Of a stretch of DNA of 64,000 nucleotides, positions 1-14,188 are shown one piece after another. Position numbers and translations under genes: made by a program. The DNA comes from Pecten maximus (lineage: Eukaryota): the NCBI RefSeq assembly GCF_902652985.1, contig NC_047021.1, forward strand, positions 20,894,001-20,958,000, read 5' to 3'. The first letter of the stretch is position 1. Every line of letters starts with the position of its first letter. Below the pieces are notes generated by a model. That model was not told where the DNA came from, made no database searches, and was given only the letters and a program-made list of their open reading frames with translations.

Positions 1-1669
1 AATAAAATAAAAGAAATATCTTGAAGACCAAATAGTTTTATACAAAAGAGGTGTAATGCAGTTATCAGTTCAAACAGACTTTGACAGATAACAAAGGGTG
101 AATGAGTCCCACGAGATTTATTAATCAGATGTAAATATGTTTTACATTCAGTGCCTAACTTTGACCTTCTCACAATTCGATTAAAGACTACAAAATCAGA
201 CATTTTATACCTGTACCCCTTGTGCTCTTGATGCATTTGTGATCACATCTACGTCCTGAGTGCACATGGGTTTGTATCAAAATCTCATGTGTGAAGGTTT
301 GATTGGAGCAGAGTGTGACTTATGTCTCATACTCTACACATACACTCTCCATCCAGACATCATACAGAGAGCATGTCATTATTCAACTCATACCATGTTT
401 ATGCTTCTGATAAGAGTCGTTTTTTGTTTTTGCGGTCAAAAAGGTGGACTGTTGGACCAGTGTTGTTCGTTTATGAAATAAAGACAGACCTGGTGATTTT
501 ATATTGTTTTCGGGCTAGCATTGACAAAGACTTCCATGGCTTGTATTGACATTCACAGGTACGTCAAGATATATGTTTGACAAACCGGTTTGTCCGCATA
601 AACGAACAGGCAATATGTACCTCACTGCTTCTACCAGTGAAATGTTTCCTCAACATAGGTAGGCGTGGACTCAACATCAGTTTCTAATCTGACAAAAGTC
701 ACTCTATTTGTCGATGAAATATGTAAACAATCATATAGCGCCCATTTTGAGTACCTACCTGATGATCTACATAGTGTAAAAGAGGGGCCAAAACCCAACT
801 CCGCCTATACGAATACTCCGGTTATTTGCATATTTTGCCATGGAAAAAGGGCTATGCAAATAAGCGGGTTGCTCTGTATTCACTTATCCCCTTAAAACAC
901 TGAATTTACGAGAGGAAGACATCAACTTTTCACCATGAAACAAAATTGATTGGTTTATGGGATCATCAACTAGACTTTAAAATCAATCTACTAAATAATG
1001 ATACATTTAAAATGAACTCTTTCAATTTTTTTTTTTTTTTTGTGATTTATTATAAACCATACTTAAATTGAAAACTCTGTAATAACACATAAAAGTTTTA
1101 TATCCATTGATAAACAGTAATAAATCTGTACATGACAGGATAGAATGTCACTCTCTCACAGCATTGTGACTGGAAGTGTTTGTTCGAGAGCATGCACTGT
1201 AATGAGAACTCTGATCAGTTTACATCAGTGAACCACTAAATTCCAGACCAGCCTTCACCAATACGTTAATTTCACTCTGAAAATCTGTCTGCCACGGAAT
1301 GGTTAGATCTCCTTTAGAATGTTAATTCCAGCTCAGGAAACCTCACAGCACTTTCACTCTAGAATTATGAATCAGTGTCATTAATTCCCAATCAGCCTCT
1401 TTATTCTCTAACTCTTTATTGGTGTCAAATAGTTAGCTGCTACCTTTATTGATCTCAACTTTTTTAACTCCCTCTAAATATTTTTAACTCCATCTTAACT
1501 TTCTTAATTCCTTTTAATGTTTTTTAGAACTCCTCTTTACATTTTTCATTCCTCTTAACTTTTTATAACCCCTTAATTTTTTCACTCCTCTCAACTTTTT
1601 ATTAATTATCAAACTATATATAATTAACACTTACAGTTCTAACCTCTGACTTCATGAATATTAATTCGT

Positions 1670-1825
1670 GTTTTGCTAACTTTCTCCAACCAAGTCGTTG
1701 ATTCGTGGAATTCTCTGCCACCGTCATTTGTCATGGCACTTACTTTGAATAGCTTTAAATCAGGCCTGAACCAAACTCGGAGACACCTGACCCAGGGAAA
1801 TTTAACCCAGGATGCGATCTGGTAG
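1670..1825 (+). mobile_element. Degenerate CR1/L2-type LINE ORF2 3' fragment
   Basis: Translates VVDSWNSLPPSFVMALTLNSFKSGLN, resembling the WNSLP...FK..L C-terminal motif. Confidence 0.6.
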
Positions 1826-4744
1826 GAAATAACCGGAAGTCAATAACAGTACAGTAGAGTAGATGTGTTGATAGTCAAAGACTAATAAATGATGTCAACA
1901 ATGGGGAGTTAATTAGACTTAAAAACATTGGAGACAATTTCAACCTAAGGGACTTGATCCATGCTACTGACGCATGTTATTGGACTAAAGATATATATAT
2001 TTGTCTTGATCAGTAGGGGAGACAAATCTGGATGTATAGAGATTGGTGATGTGTGAAAAGAACACAATCACCATGTGTAATGTCTGTCACTTCAATTATA
2101 GGAGCTAATTGTGGAAAATGGATGCTAAAATTGCCTTTATAAACTTCCTCCGGAACAAAATGATCGAAGGTCTTTAGTATTATGTAATAGCAAATTCCTC
2201 CATTGACCACTTATTTCACTAGAGAGATAAATGCCAGAAAACAATACTATTATAATGATAATTATAGTAATTTATATATAACTGAGTCAGAGATTTAAGT
2301 CAATTATAGATTTCATTCCAACAGATATTGCGGAGTTTGACATTCAAAAGAGAAAATATATGTAACTGTTGTAACAAATACCCCAACAAACTGCCTAGAC
2401 TGTCAATAAGGCAGAAACACTGAATCAATTTAACACAATAAACTAATTAAATTACCAGTTTAGTGATAGTCCTCATGGGAAAATGAACAATTTAAAGACA
2501 TGTGGCTTTGTAATTAATTTTTCAGGCACCTCAGGGCTAATAAAACTTTCACCATATAAACTATACAGAATCAAATTAAATTTGAGACTTGAATTGAATC
2601 TGAAATCAAATAAAAATGAAGGAAATCTTGAGCAACTGTTGGTTTTCCTGAACAGTTTATGTTTTTACACTTAACAATAACTAGGGTGAAGTATTGTTGT
2701 GACCAGTGATTGTCATGATTTTATAATATGGCAGTAACATAAAGTCTATCAACTAGGTACAATGATATATTGTACTGGCTATAAGGTATTATATATGGCA
2801 CAAATTACCAAGACATCAATACAGAATGTAGCATGAATGTTCATTAAATGTTGAATCCATAAAAGGAGTTATCTAATATTTCATATGAAACCAACAAAGG
2901 AGTGAGTCGTACTTATTACATGAATAAATGTTATATTCGATTCATCATTATTATTAATTAAGTTATCAATGTTTACTGCTTCAGACAGTTTTCACAACCA
3001 GAAGACCATTGAGTGTGATATGTTATGCAACATGACATGTACAATGTTACAACAGTGACACCTAAGGCTCATTTGTGACTTTATTGTATATATATATTAA
3101 GCAATACTGTTCATTGCAATCAAATGCCACCATTATATCATGAGTATTCATATCAAGCATCCTCACTCAGAAGTAAATCACTCTAAAATCATATCACATA
3201 CAGCAACACTCATCTGGTTTTCAGGATCATTGTCTCCACAAACACTATCAGAACTGCTTTAAATCATGTCAACTGTTAAATAATTGAAAATACTGTTATT
3301 AAAAACATACAGTACAGTGTCTTTATGCACAGGAGCAACTTGACTTGAATTGCTTTTCTTTCTATGTGATGTGGTATACTGCAGCCTATAAGATGCTTTA
3401 CTTTATTGCCTAAGCCAGCATTGCGTACGATACAAACCACAAATCTTTGGCAGAATCACATAAAATATGCATAGAGGTCCATTACTTTTCATCTCTATGG
3501 AATACTCTAATACTGGACAGACTGCAGTCTTTGTAGACAAAGTAAAACCCCAGTGGTTTAGATTGTACTGTAAAACACCTCAATGACCTAACATAAGAAA
3601 TCCTTTTGTCAGACGACCTGAGGAATCTACAGGGACACCCTAGAGCCATGCTGTAACTTAATGAGCATGGCCCTGAAAACCAACAAGTCTCCTGCCAGAG
3701 GAAATCATCTACTTGGTCTGTCAATTTGTATATCAAGGTCAAGGACTATGCATACCAAATCAATCTCACTGTCTGAAGAGTTCTGCTTTTTGTGTCAATT
3801 TCATGTTCAGTAGACTGAAAGATTAGTTCCTCCCTCCTGTAATTAAGTCTTGTTTGTTAAATTGTGTACTTTTGCCCATGATTTGGCTCATCCTAAGTAA
3901 ACAGATTGAGTCACGTTGATAAAATTGTGTTTATGTATTTCCTATCATTGCCATCTTTTGAAGGCACTGGTGATGACTACATATAATATTGACTCTAACT
4001 TTGACAGAATCATGTTGAAGACAAATGTACATCAAATCATGAAGATATTGTAAAATATCTTGTATGATGTAAATTCCATATACAACTGTAATGATGTCAA
4101 CAAGATGATTGGCCAACACCATTCCTTATATACTACAACTACAAACTGTAAAAATAGAATATTCCAATAACTTAAGCAAAACTTAAGGCTGAAACTGAAA
4201 ATTAAGATATTCATATTCAATTCTCTTCCATGAATACATTACCGGCATGTTTGATCTCATGCTGTTTACAGCGACTTTATGGTCACTCTCAAACCTGTAA
4301 ATTTTACAACAGGAAAGTTACAACATCATCTGGCGTTATTAGTCTGCATCCAGTGGACAGGTTTTAAAGAGTTTTGAAGTGATCAATGACTGCATTTTAT
4401 TTTTCAAGATATCTGACTTTAGTAATACGTTATAATATAAGTGACAGTTTTGTTGCCCTCTGGGAAAAAGTCTAGACACTCTATCATTAGCAGCAAATAT
4501 AAAACAGCATGTTCAAAATTACGACTCTTTGGTGACTTCCAGTCTGGAACATTTCAAACATGCTCTTGTCAGAATTGCGTACTTAAGGATTCTTTAGAAT
4601 TAACAGACATCTCATATGAAGTCTATAAGGACTAGGAAGCGACAACCTTTGGTATTTTGATGAAAAATCAACATTTTCCTAATCTTACCTTCTTTCTATA
4701 TGTAAATACAACCATATAAGACAAACATACTCCTCAACCTGCTT

Positions 4745-5720
4745 AATTTGTAGATGAAACTATCACCAAGGTAGACAAATATGCTCCTCATCTAAACCAA
4801 ATTGTAGATGAAACTACCACAAAGGGAGACAATCCTCCTCATCTTTACCAAATTGTGAATGAAACTACCACCAAGGGAGACAATTAATCTTCATTATCCA
4901 TCAAATGATAGATGAAAATTCCACCAAGGGAGAAATTCCTCCTCATACATACCAAGCAATATATGAAACTAACACTAAGGAAGACCATGCTTCACATCTG
5001 TACCAAATTGTAGATGAAACTGTAACCACCAAGAGAGACAATCCTCATCATTTTTACCAAATTGTAAATGAAACTACCACCAAGGGAGACAATCCTCATT
5101 ATCCATCAAATGATAGATGACAATTCCACCAAGGGAGAAAATCCTCCTCATACATACCAAATGATATATGAAACTACCACTAAGGGAGACAATGCTTCAC
5201 ATCTGTACCAAATTGTAGATGAAACTGTAACCACCAAGAGAGACAATCCTCATCATTTTTACCAAATTGTAAATGAAACTACCACCAAGGGAGACAATCC
5301 TCATTACTCATCAAATGATAGATGAAAATACCATCAAAGCAGACATAAAATTGCTCCTCATCTATACCAAATTGTAGATGAAACTACCACCAAGGGAGAT
5401 GATCTTCATTATCCATCAAATTATAGATGAAAATTCCAGCAAGGGAGACAATCCTCCTCATACATACCAAATAATATATGAAACTACCATCAAAGGGTGA
5501 TGATCCTCTCATATGTACTAAATTGAATATGAAAATACCACCAAGGGAGACAATGCTCCTCATCTATACCGAATTGTAGATGAAACTACTACAAAGGGAG
5601 ACAATCCTCATTATCCATCAATTAAATGATAGATGAAAATACCATCAAAGCAGACAATGCTCCTCGTCTATACCAAATTGTAGATGAAACTACCACCAAG
5701 GGAGATTATCCTCTCATATA
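4745..5720. repeat. Degenerate ~52-bp tandem repeat with ~207-bp higher-order unit
   Basis: Recurrent GATGAAACTACCACCAAGGGAGACAAT; near-identical blocks at ~5005 and ~5212. Confidence 0.85.
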
Positions 5721-7250
5721 TACTAAGTTTTCTGAATGAGATATGTGTTGTGGGGCTACATCGTGCAGAAATAATTCTGGACAGAAAAAAGATATAATAC
5801 CCAGGATTCATGTTGTACATTTGGAAATTAACTGTCATTTCAGAAGACAAAAAAAAAAATGTTGGCGATCTCTGTACCACTGTCCCAATGTAATTGATGC
5901 ACCCTACTGTCCTTACTGCCAAGAACTCATTACTACAAAGGGACCCATTGCAACCAGAGTATCACTACAGAAATTCAGTCATCACCGGGCTTTTAGAACC
6001 GATCAATTAATGTGACAACATTCTGAACCTGTATTCGGTGTGAAATGTGAGAAATCTAACACCAATCTAAAATATAACATTAAATACTATGGACCTCCAC
6101 CAGCAATGTGGTATCTCTTCATGTTGCAAACGTTAACACTATACACAAAGCAAAAAGAGGCATATTTGGAAAATTTCATGGGAAAACAATAACAAAACAC
6201 AAAATAAAAATGTAGTTTTCTTTTGTGAGAATTATTTAACATTCCTATATCTTTAAATGCTAGTTGTGATAATGTGTCAACATGTACGAACTGTTCTGGG
6301 AATTTTGTAATTCTAAAACACAGTGTCATCAACATCAAATTAATGCTACTTTATATCTCTAGAATTGATTGCACATTTTTAACTTTTCATCTAACAAAAT
6401 GAAAGATTTTATGTAATAGTGGAAAAAAGAAACAAATATAAGTTTCTATTCAATAGTTATGATTTTACATAATTCTATGATGATGTGTTACTTGTGTGGG
6501 TTTCTCGATTATTATATCATTACTGAATACATTGGGATGATTTTTGTTTTCCTATCAAAGACTGTTTTTGTGTGAATACTGTTAAAACAAGGACATCGTA
6601 CGCCGTTTCCTGATCCAAATCAGTAGCATGTCTGACCTGTAAAGCGAGACTCATCAGTGAACACAAAAATCTCCAATGGGCCAAGCAAAACCGATTAGGT
6701 GCATGTGCAAGCAGTCACTGCTTTCGACGTTGGTTTTGCCTCTGCATAAACTCCCTCAACTGATTCCTAACCGTTCTTGGACATACAGGCTGACCATGAG
6801 TGCTGACTACTTGATGTGCTGTCTCTGTCGCCGTCTGAAATCGGTTACAGAGGTCGAGAGATGTATGACTCTATCCTTTACCTTTGCATTATCAGAGCAA
6901 TTTTCCTACTCATATCGACTTCACTCAATCGCAGCAGTTTGCTGTGTAATGGCTCCGAAAAGAAATGTGTAAGTGATCTGTACTGTTCCAATGTGCGATT
7001 TGTAGTTATTTACCAGTACATATGATGCTAGGAGTACCCCAGATGCACACTTTCTTGAAAAATCTGATGAAAGAACGCAGCGTTCAGCAGAGTCAGGGTC
7101 ACCTGAATTTTAACTGAAGAACATTTTCACAGTGCACGGAGGTAGCTCAGTGTGAAATTTAATTGAATTTAGACCAAGTGTCTAAGAGTTATATTCAGAA
7201 AAACCAAACTTTTCTTCCACTAGTAGATACATGCAAAACTATCCTATAAT

Positions 7251-9238
7251 AAAACAAGAGATCCCAGAGGGATCTAATGGAACCAGCTGTTGAAAGTTCT
7301 TTAGTAGTTCTTCGTTAGATTGATTTCTATGCCCTTTTCTCTTCTTTCCTCATTCCTCACAGTTACCTCTCACAATAGTTTAAACATTGTATATTGACAA
7401 AAAATGTATTGTACTAAAGTTATTCAATCTCAACACTGATCATGTACAGCTAGTATTGAAGGAACCACCAAGGACATTGGAAGTATTCAATGATTAATTT
7501 CTCAGAAATGGTGATTTTAGACTTTATTTGCTAAAATCTTATTCTTTTGGCCATTTTGTTTTCTGATCATGAACATTTAACATGAACAACAAGGGACCAA
7601 AGGGAGCCAACATACGAAAATTGAAAAAGATCCATGCATTCAGTATTTTCTAAGAAACTGTGGCAGATTACTCTTCAACAGTCAAAATTCAAAATGGACA
7701 CCTGGTTAGTTTACAGAGAACGGACGAATGGGTAGACTCCAGACCACGGACACAAGGTAACAAGGTTAGTTTACAGAGAACGGACGAATGGGTAGACTTC
7801 AAACCACGGACACAAGGTAACAAGGTTAGTTTACAGAGAACAGACGAATGGGTAGACTCCAGACCACGGACACAAGGTAACAAGGTTAGTTTATAGAGAA
7901 CGGACGAATGGGTAGACTTCAGACCACGGACGAAAGGCAACAAGGTTAGTTTATAGAGAACGGACGAATGGGTAGACTTCAGACCACGGACACAAGGCAA
8001 CAAGGTTAGTTTATAGAGAACGGACGAATGGGTAGACTTCAGACCACGGACAAAAGGCAACAAGGTTAGTTTATAGAGAACGGACGAATGGGTAGACTTC
8101 AGACCACGGACACAAGGTAACAAGGTTAGTTTATAGAGAACGGACGAATGGGTAGACTTCAGACCACAGACACAAGGTAACAAGGTTAGTTTATAGAGAA
8201 CGGACGAATGGGTAGACTTCAGACCACGGACGAAAGGCAACAAGGTTAGTTTATAGAGAACGGACGAATGGGTAGACTTCAGACCACAGACACAAGGTAA
8301 CAAGGTTAGTTTATAGAGAACGGACGAATGGGTAGACTTCAGACCACGGACGAAAGGCAACAAGGTTAGTTTATAGAGAACGGACGAATGGGTAGACTTC
8401 AGACCACGGACACAAGGTAACAAGGTTAGTTTATAGAGAACAGACGAATGGGTAGACTTCAGACCACAGACACAAGGTAACAAGGTTAGTTTATAGAGAA
8501 CGGACGAATGGGTAGACTTCAGACCACGGACACAAGGTAACAAGGTTAGTTTACAGAGAACAGACGAATGGGTAGACTTCAGACCACGGACACAAGGCAA
8601 CAAGGTTAGTTTACAGAGAACAGACGAATGGGTAGACTTCAGACCACGGACACAAGGTAACAAGGTTAGTTTATAGAGAACGGACGAATGGGTAGACTTC
8701 AGACCACGGACACAAGGTAACAAGGTTAGTTTATAGAGAACGGACGAATGGGTAGACTTCAGACCACAGACACAAGGTAACAAGGTTAGTTTACAGAGAA
8801 CGGACGAATGGGTAGACTTCAGACCACGGACACAAGGCAACAAGGTTAGTTTACAGAGAACGGACAGATGGGTAGACTCCAGACCACGGACACAAGGTTA
8901 CAAGGTTAGTTTACAGAGAACGAACGAATGGGTAGACTTCAGACCACGGACACAAGGTAACAAGGTTAGTTTACAGAAAACATACGGATGGGTAGACTCC
9001 AGACCACGGACACAAGGCAACAAGGTTAGTTTACAGAGAACGGACAGATGGGTAGACTCCAGACCACGGACACAAGGTTACAAGGTTAGTTTACAGAGAA
9101 CGAACGAATGGGTAGACTTCAGACCACGGACACAAGGTAACAAGGTTAGTTTACAGAGAACGGACAAATGGGTAGACTTCAGACCACGGACACAAGGCAC
9201 TTTTAACACGCCACAGTCTGATGATTATGGAGTTAAAA
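7251..9238 (+). mobile_element. Degenerate HINE/pearl-like non-autonomous element carrying the 60-bp array
   Basis: Starts AAACAAGAGATCCCAGAGGGATCT, as does the element at 55541. Confidence 0.55.
7704..9198. repeat. 60-bp minisatellite, ~25 copies
   Basis: Near-perfect 60-nt period (GGTTAGTTTACAGAGAACGGACGAATGGGTAGACTTCAGACCACGGACACAAGGTAACAA). Confidence 0.98.
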
Positions 9239-10344
9239 GATCGATCCACTGATTTTGTTTCATCTTGAAAATTCTATAGCACCTTAATATAATATGACAT
9301 ACTGATTTTGTACAATTCTGAAATCGACATTTCTGGATTAATCCTTGGAAAAGACATTGATTATCTCATTCAAAGTGTCTGTCCAGCACATTGTATCAGT
9401 ATTTGCCATCAAACAAATGTTATATTCTCATCCCAGGGCGACAAACACAAATGGCAGCCAATCTAGGATTGTAATATGTTTGCCTGTCTGGGTGTGACAT
9501 CACTCTATTTTCCGTTGTGATTTAACGCCACTTTCAATATCTGAAGCAGATGAGCTAGTCAGAAATAGGTATTGTTCGGACACTTGAATCTAAGTAATGT
9601 ACTAAATGAGCAGAAATCGTGCGGTCACTGGCCAGCAATGCTGACCGTTGGACATCATCAATCTTATTCCTGTATCAATCATTAATGTTGTAATTACGTT
9701 ATCAATCAGCAATATTTTTATGGATTTCTGGAAGATAATACACTTGCTACGAAATCTAAAGGTTAGATTTCACATGTATCATCAGTTTGATGAAAACCAG
9801 TGTCCATAATCTTGCAGGGTATCTCAGAAGATTGCCACCTCTAAGCTATTACTCAAATTGACATTTTAAATCTCACACCTTTAACCAATTTTACATAACT
9901 TGACAGTACCACATGTTTAATACAAAGTCGAAAATGTTTTCCTTAAGGATCAAATTGTGTAAAATCTGCAAGGCGCTACTTGGAAGCTTTTAAGTTGATG
10001 AATAATTCATCTTATGGAACACAATTTTAATGATTAAGAAAATTAAAGAGAATTAATGATGATATGAGTTGTCATTTATTCAATAACACCGGATTATAAT
10101 CATGATCAACTTAATTCAAAATGCTTTCTATTTTTGATATCATTTTCAAATGGCACACAATTAAAGACAATGATCTGCTTTGAAATGAATGACTAGAGAC
10201 ACATTTGTGAAACACGTTTATGTCCCTCTTCCCCTTTGATGGAAAAGGAGCTACAATGTAATATAATTGCAAAAATCCAAAACATGTCAAAATTTGATAA
10301 AAATTTATCGCACTTGTTGGCCCTGATGGAAGATGGAAGACAAA

Positions 10345-10490
10345 GGGTCTTAAGTGTTGGAGGAAGCTGGAATACCCAGGTAAAAACCCACATGGTCAGT
10401 AGGCGGTCCCATACCATTTTACATCAGGGAATCAAACCCCACCGCCTAAGTGTAATGCAAGCGTGTTACCACTTAGCCACCTCACCTCCC
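10345..10490 (-). mobile_element. Degenerate tRNA-derived SINE fragment
   Basis: GGAGGAAGCTGGAATACCCAGGTAAAAACC resembles the core of the SINEs at 41.6 and 53.3 kb; tRNA-like head. Confidence 0.5.
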
Positions 10491-10527
10491 TCTTATAGAA
10501 ATTCCATATTAGCATAAACTGAACTAA

Positions 10528-11345
10528 ACTAGAACTGTCGCCAGGATGGCTGACTAATACCCCCGCAATCTGCACGAGTCAATGGTGAATTGGAACTGTT
10601 AATAAGAGGCCAACTAAGACAACCCAGTAATATAGTGACCAGTTGCCATAGCAACCCTAATTTTGAGAAAAAGCAAGTGAGATGCACATCTACACATTGT
10701 CCTCTATATATGTGTGAAGTTTCATTGAAATCAGCCCTTCGGTTTAGGAGGAGTTGTCCGGACAAACTTAAAGTTATGGTTCTTATCGGAAAACCTGTTT
10801 ATAGTGACCAGTTGCCATAGCAACCATAATTTTGAAAAAAAGAAAGTGGCATGCACATCTACACATGGTCCTCTATATTTGTGTGAAGTTTCTTTGAAAT
10901 TGGCCCTTCGGTTTAGGAGGAGTTGTCCGGACAAACTTAAAGTTATGGTTCTTATCAGAAAACCTGTTTATAGTGACCAGTTGCCATAGCAACCATAATT
11001 TTGAGAAAAAGAAAGTGGCATGCACATCTACACATGGTCCTCTATATTAGTGTGAAGTTTCATTGAAATCGGCCCTTCGGTTTAGGAGGAGTTGTCCGGA
11101 CAAACTTAAAGTTATGGTTCTTATCAGAAAACCTGTTTATAGTGACCAGTTGCCATAGCAACCATAATTTTGAGAAAAAGAAAGTGGCATGCACATCTAC
11201 ACATGATCATTAATATGTGTGTGAAGTTTCATTGGAATCGGCCCAGCGGTTTAGGAGGAGTTGTCCGGACAAAATGCGTCTACAGACGGACGGACGGACA
11301 ACCTGATTCCAGTTTACCCCCCTAATTTCGTTGCAGGGGTATAAT
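10528..11345 (+). mobile_element. HINE/pearl-like element with ~4 internal 169-bp repeats
   Basis: 169-bp period (10635, 10804, 10973, 11142), GACG microsatellite, 3' hairpin complementary to 5' TACCCCCGCAA; second copy at 20221. Confidence 0.8.
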
Positions 11346-11934
11346 TAGTTCCCCCTACTCTTATTAAAGCACAGGTTGTTTAGCTTCTAAAGTCAGATCT
11401 ATTGTAGGAATTGATGTAACAGAAAAGTCAAAACAACATAGACACTAAACATTTCTTTTCTTACACAGCTTACTTTATATTACCATTAATAGCATTGCCA
11501 GACTCTTTATAGCACAAGAACTCCGTTGGACAAATGACATTCACCATCAAAGTCTTTACTGTACATATACATTCCATAAATATTGCCACAGAAATGCTAC
11601 AAAGTAGAGAACTGAGATATAGTACTATGTTACATCGTTATTAGAACATCAATATCCTTGATAAAATCAACTCTGGGGACATGCTCGCTATATAAGTTAA
11701 GACAGCTTACAATTAATATCAGGATTTACTGAACAAACCTTAAGAAGCTCCATCATACACTTAAAAAGTTTCAAATTTTAACAGTCTTCAATAAAAAATA
11801 GGCAATGACAAATTGCTTCCATATCCAAACCTCCAGTGAGAAATATAAATAGGAAATGGTTTTTTTTATTTGGTTTAGGTATGTACTAGTTCTGACAATG
11901 ATGATATTGATTTTACAATAACAGTGAGATTTAT

Positions 11935-12449
11935 TACCCAGCTTTACCTACATGGTAGGTATAGGTGATATTCACTATAGATAGCTGTTACTACCCAGCT
12001 TTACCTACATGGTAGGTATATGTGATATTCACTATAGATAGCTGTTACTACCCAGCTTTATACCTACATGGTAGGTAGGCGATATTCACTATAGATAGCT
12101 GTTACTACCCAGCTTTACCTACATGGTAGGTATAGGTGATATTCACTATAGATAGCTGTTACTACCCAGCTTTATACCTACATGGTAGGTATAGGTGATA
12201 TTCACTATAGATAACTGTTACTACCCAGCTTTACCTACATGGTAGGTATAGGTGATATTCACTATAGATAGCTGTTACTACCCAGCTTTATACCTACATG
12301 GTAGGTAGGCGATATTCACTATAGATAGTTGTTACTACCCAGCTTTACCTACATGGTAGGTATAGGTGATATTCACTATAGATAGCTGTTACTACCCAGC
12401 TTTATACCTACATGGTAGGTAGGTGATATTCACTATAGATAGCTGTTAC
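11935..12449. repeat. ~56-bp minisatellite, ~9 copies
   Basis: Unit TACTACCCAGCTTTACCTACATGGTAGGTATAGGTGATATTCACTATAGATAGCTGT with an internal palindrome. Confidence 0.95.
12433..12448 (-). CDS. Candidate terminal coding segment (S-NSYL-stop)
   Basis: TTGTTACAG acceptor at 12449 gives TAG at 12433-12435 in the phase-2 frame. An alternative acceptor near 14080 is also open. Confidence 0.3.
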
Positions 12450-12699
12450 TGTAACAATGCATAGGAACTCATACAGCTGGTTCATCTACTTAATCAAAAC
12501 TTTCAGTTTCATCACATTGTGTACCGTAAACCAACTTATTTTTTTTTTCATGAAAATCAATCACTGCAAAAAAGATTTAATCTTGGGAAGAGTAGGCCTT
12601 TTATGACTGTAAATTACAAAATAAAATAGCTGTGAAAAAGTCATCAGGCATGAAATCATAAAACTAAGTTGCCGCAAAAAAAACACTCGGGAATGGTGA

Positions 12700-13510
12700 A
12701 TGTTTAGGATGCTTGGACTGTTGAACATCAAGACACTGGGGGACTGTGGAGTGTTTATGATGCTTGGACTGTTGAACATCAAGACACTGGGGGACTGTTG
12801 AATATTTTGGATGCTGGGACTGTTGAACATTTTGGATGCTGGGACTGTTGAACATTCAATGCACTTGAGAACTGTGGACATTCAAGACACTGGGGGACTG
12901 TGGAATGTTTCAGATGCTGGGACTGTTGAACATTAAAGATACTGGCGACTGTTGAATTTTTTGGATGCTGGGACTGTTGAACATCAAGACACTGGGGGAG
13001 ACTGTTGAATGTTTATGATGCTTGGACTGTTGAACATCAAGACATTGGGGGACGGTCAAATATTTAGGATGCTTGGACTGTTAAACATTCAAGACACTGG
13101 GGGACTGTCGAATGTTTATGATGCTTGGACTGTTGAACATCAAGACACTGGGGGACTGTTGAATATTTTTGATGCTGGGACTGTTGAACATTTTGGATGC
13201 TGGGACTGTTGAACATTCAATGCACTTGAGAACTGTGGACATTCAAGACACTGGGGGACTGTGGAATGTTTCAGATGCTGGGACTGTTGAACATTAAAGA
13301 TACTGGCGACTGTTGAATTTTTTGGATGCTGGGACTGTTGAACATTTTGGATGCTGGGACTGTTGAACGTTCAATGCACTTGGGAACTGTGGACATTCAA
13401 GACTCTGGGGGACTGTTGAATATTTCAGATGCTGGGACTTTTGAACATTTGAGATACTGGGGACCATGGAATGCTTCAGATACTGGGACCATTGAACATT
13501 TGAGGCTTGG
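12700..13510. repeat. Complex tandem repeat built on GATGCTGGGACTGTTGAACATT
   Basis: Repeated ~23-bp modules with larger duplications. Confidence 0.9.
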
Positions 13511-14151
13511 GACTCATGCTTCTAACATATAACTTGGTAATGTAACTCCAATAAATCTACCCCAGCTCAATCATATAATATAAACAGTTATTTTAGAGGT
13601 TATCTGATTTAAGTGCTTTTCTCAGTGAAAGTATTCTGCTAAATTAAGATTGCACTTATCTAAATTTCTATATGTTGTTTTCTACGGCAAGTACTGGGGA
13701 CGCATCAATTTATCGTCATGCTAATCTATTTAATTCCTTTATGTGATTAAATTTGAGTGCACCAAAATATGTATGTTTACAGTATCTGACACACATTGTG
13801 GCTGTATGTGTTCAAGCAAACTTATTAAATGGGTGAAAACCATTACAATACTATAAATGGATAGATATTATACAGAATCTAAATGGGGAATGTATCTGCT
13901 GAGAAAAATTTGAAATCTGTGACAGCTTCCGTCATTGATAGAGTATATGTGCCTTCTGTAATAAAATCATTTGTATGGATTCTTTCAGAAGCATTTTTAA
14001 CAACTGACATAAGACCTTATAGGCAGAGACCTTCATTTCTATTTTCATCTTCAGTGATTTTTTTTTATCTGCACTTTTCCTACAAATAAAATTTCTGAAA
14101 AAGAATCAACTGACTGGAATACAATAGAAATAAGAGAATATTTGCACGTAC

Positions 14152-14188
14152 CTTTCTTCTACTTTAGGCCTTAAATCTGGAATTGGCA
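14152..14188 (-). CDS. HDAC6: HDAC C-terminal exon ([11 protein letters not shown])
   Basis: 37 nt, TTCCAG acceptor, AAG|GTACGT donor, phase fits. Confidence 0.75.

Noticed and set aside
6590-7100. GC-richer stretch with short ORFs (6676-6972, 6816-7025)
   Set aside because: No recognisable protein motif or consistent exon structure; could be regulatory or UTR but cannot be supported
7689-8843. 384-aa ORF with a 20-aa repeat
   Set aside because: By-product of a 60-bp minisatellite with no stop in one frame; no gene context
1-14000. ZnF-UBP exons or a second protein-coding gene
   Set aside because: No diagnostic motifs found by eye; the short ORFs look random or repeat-derived
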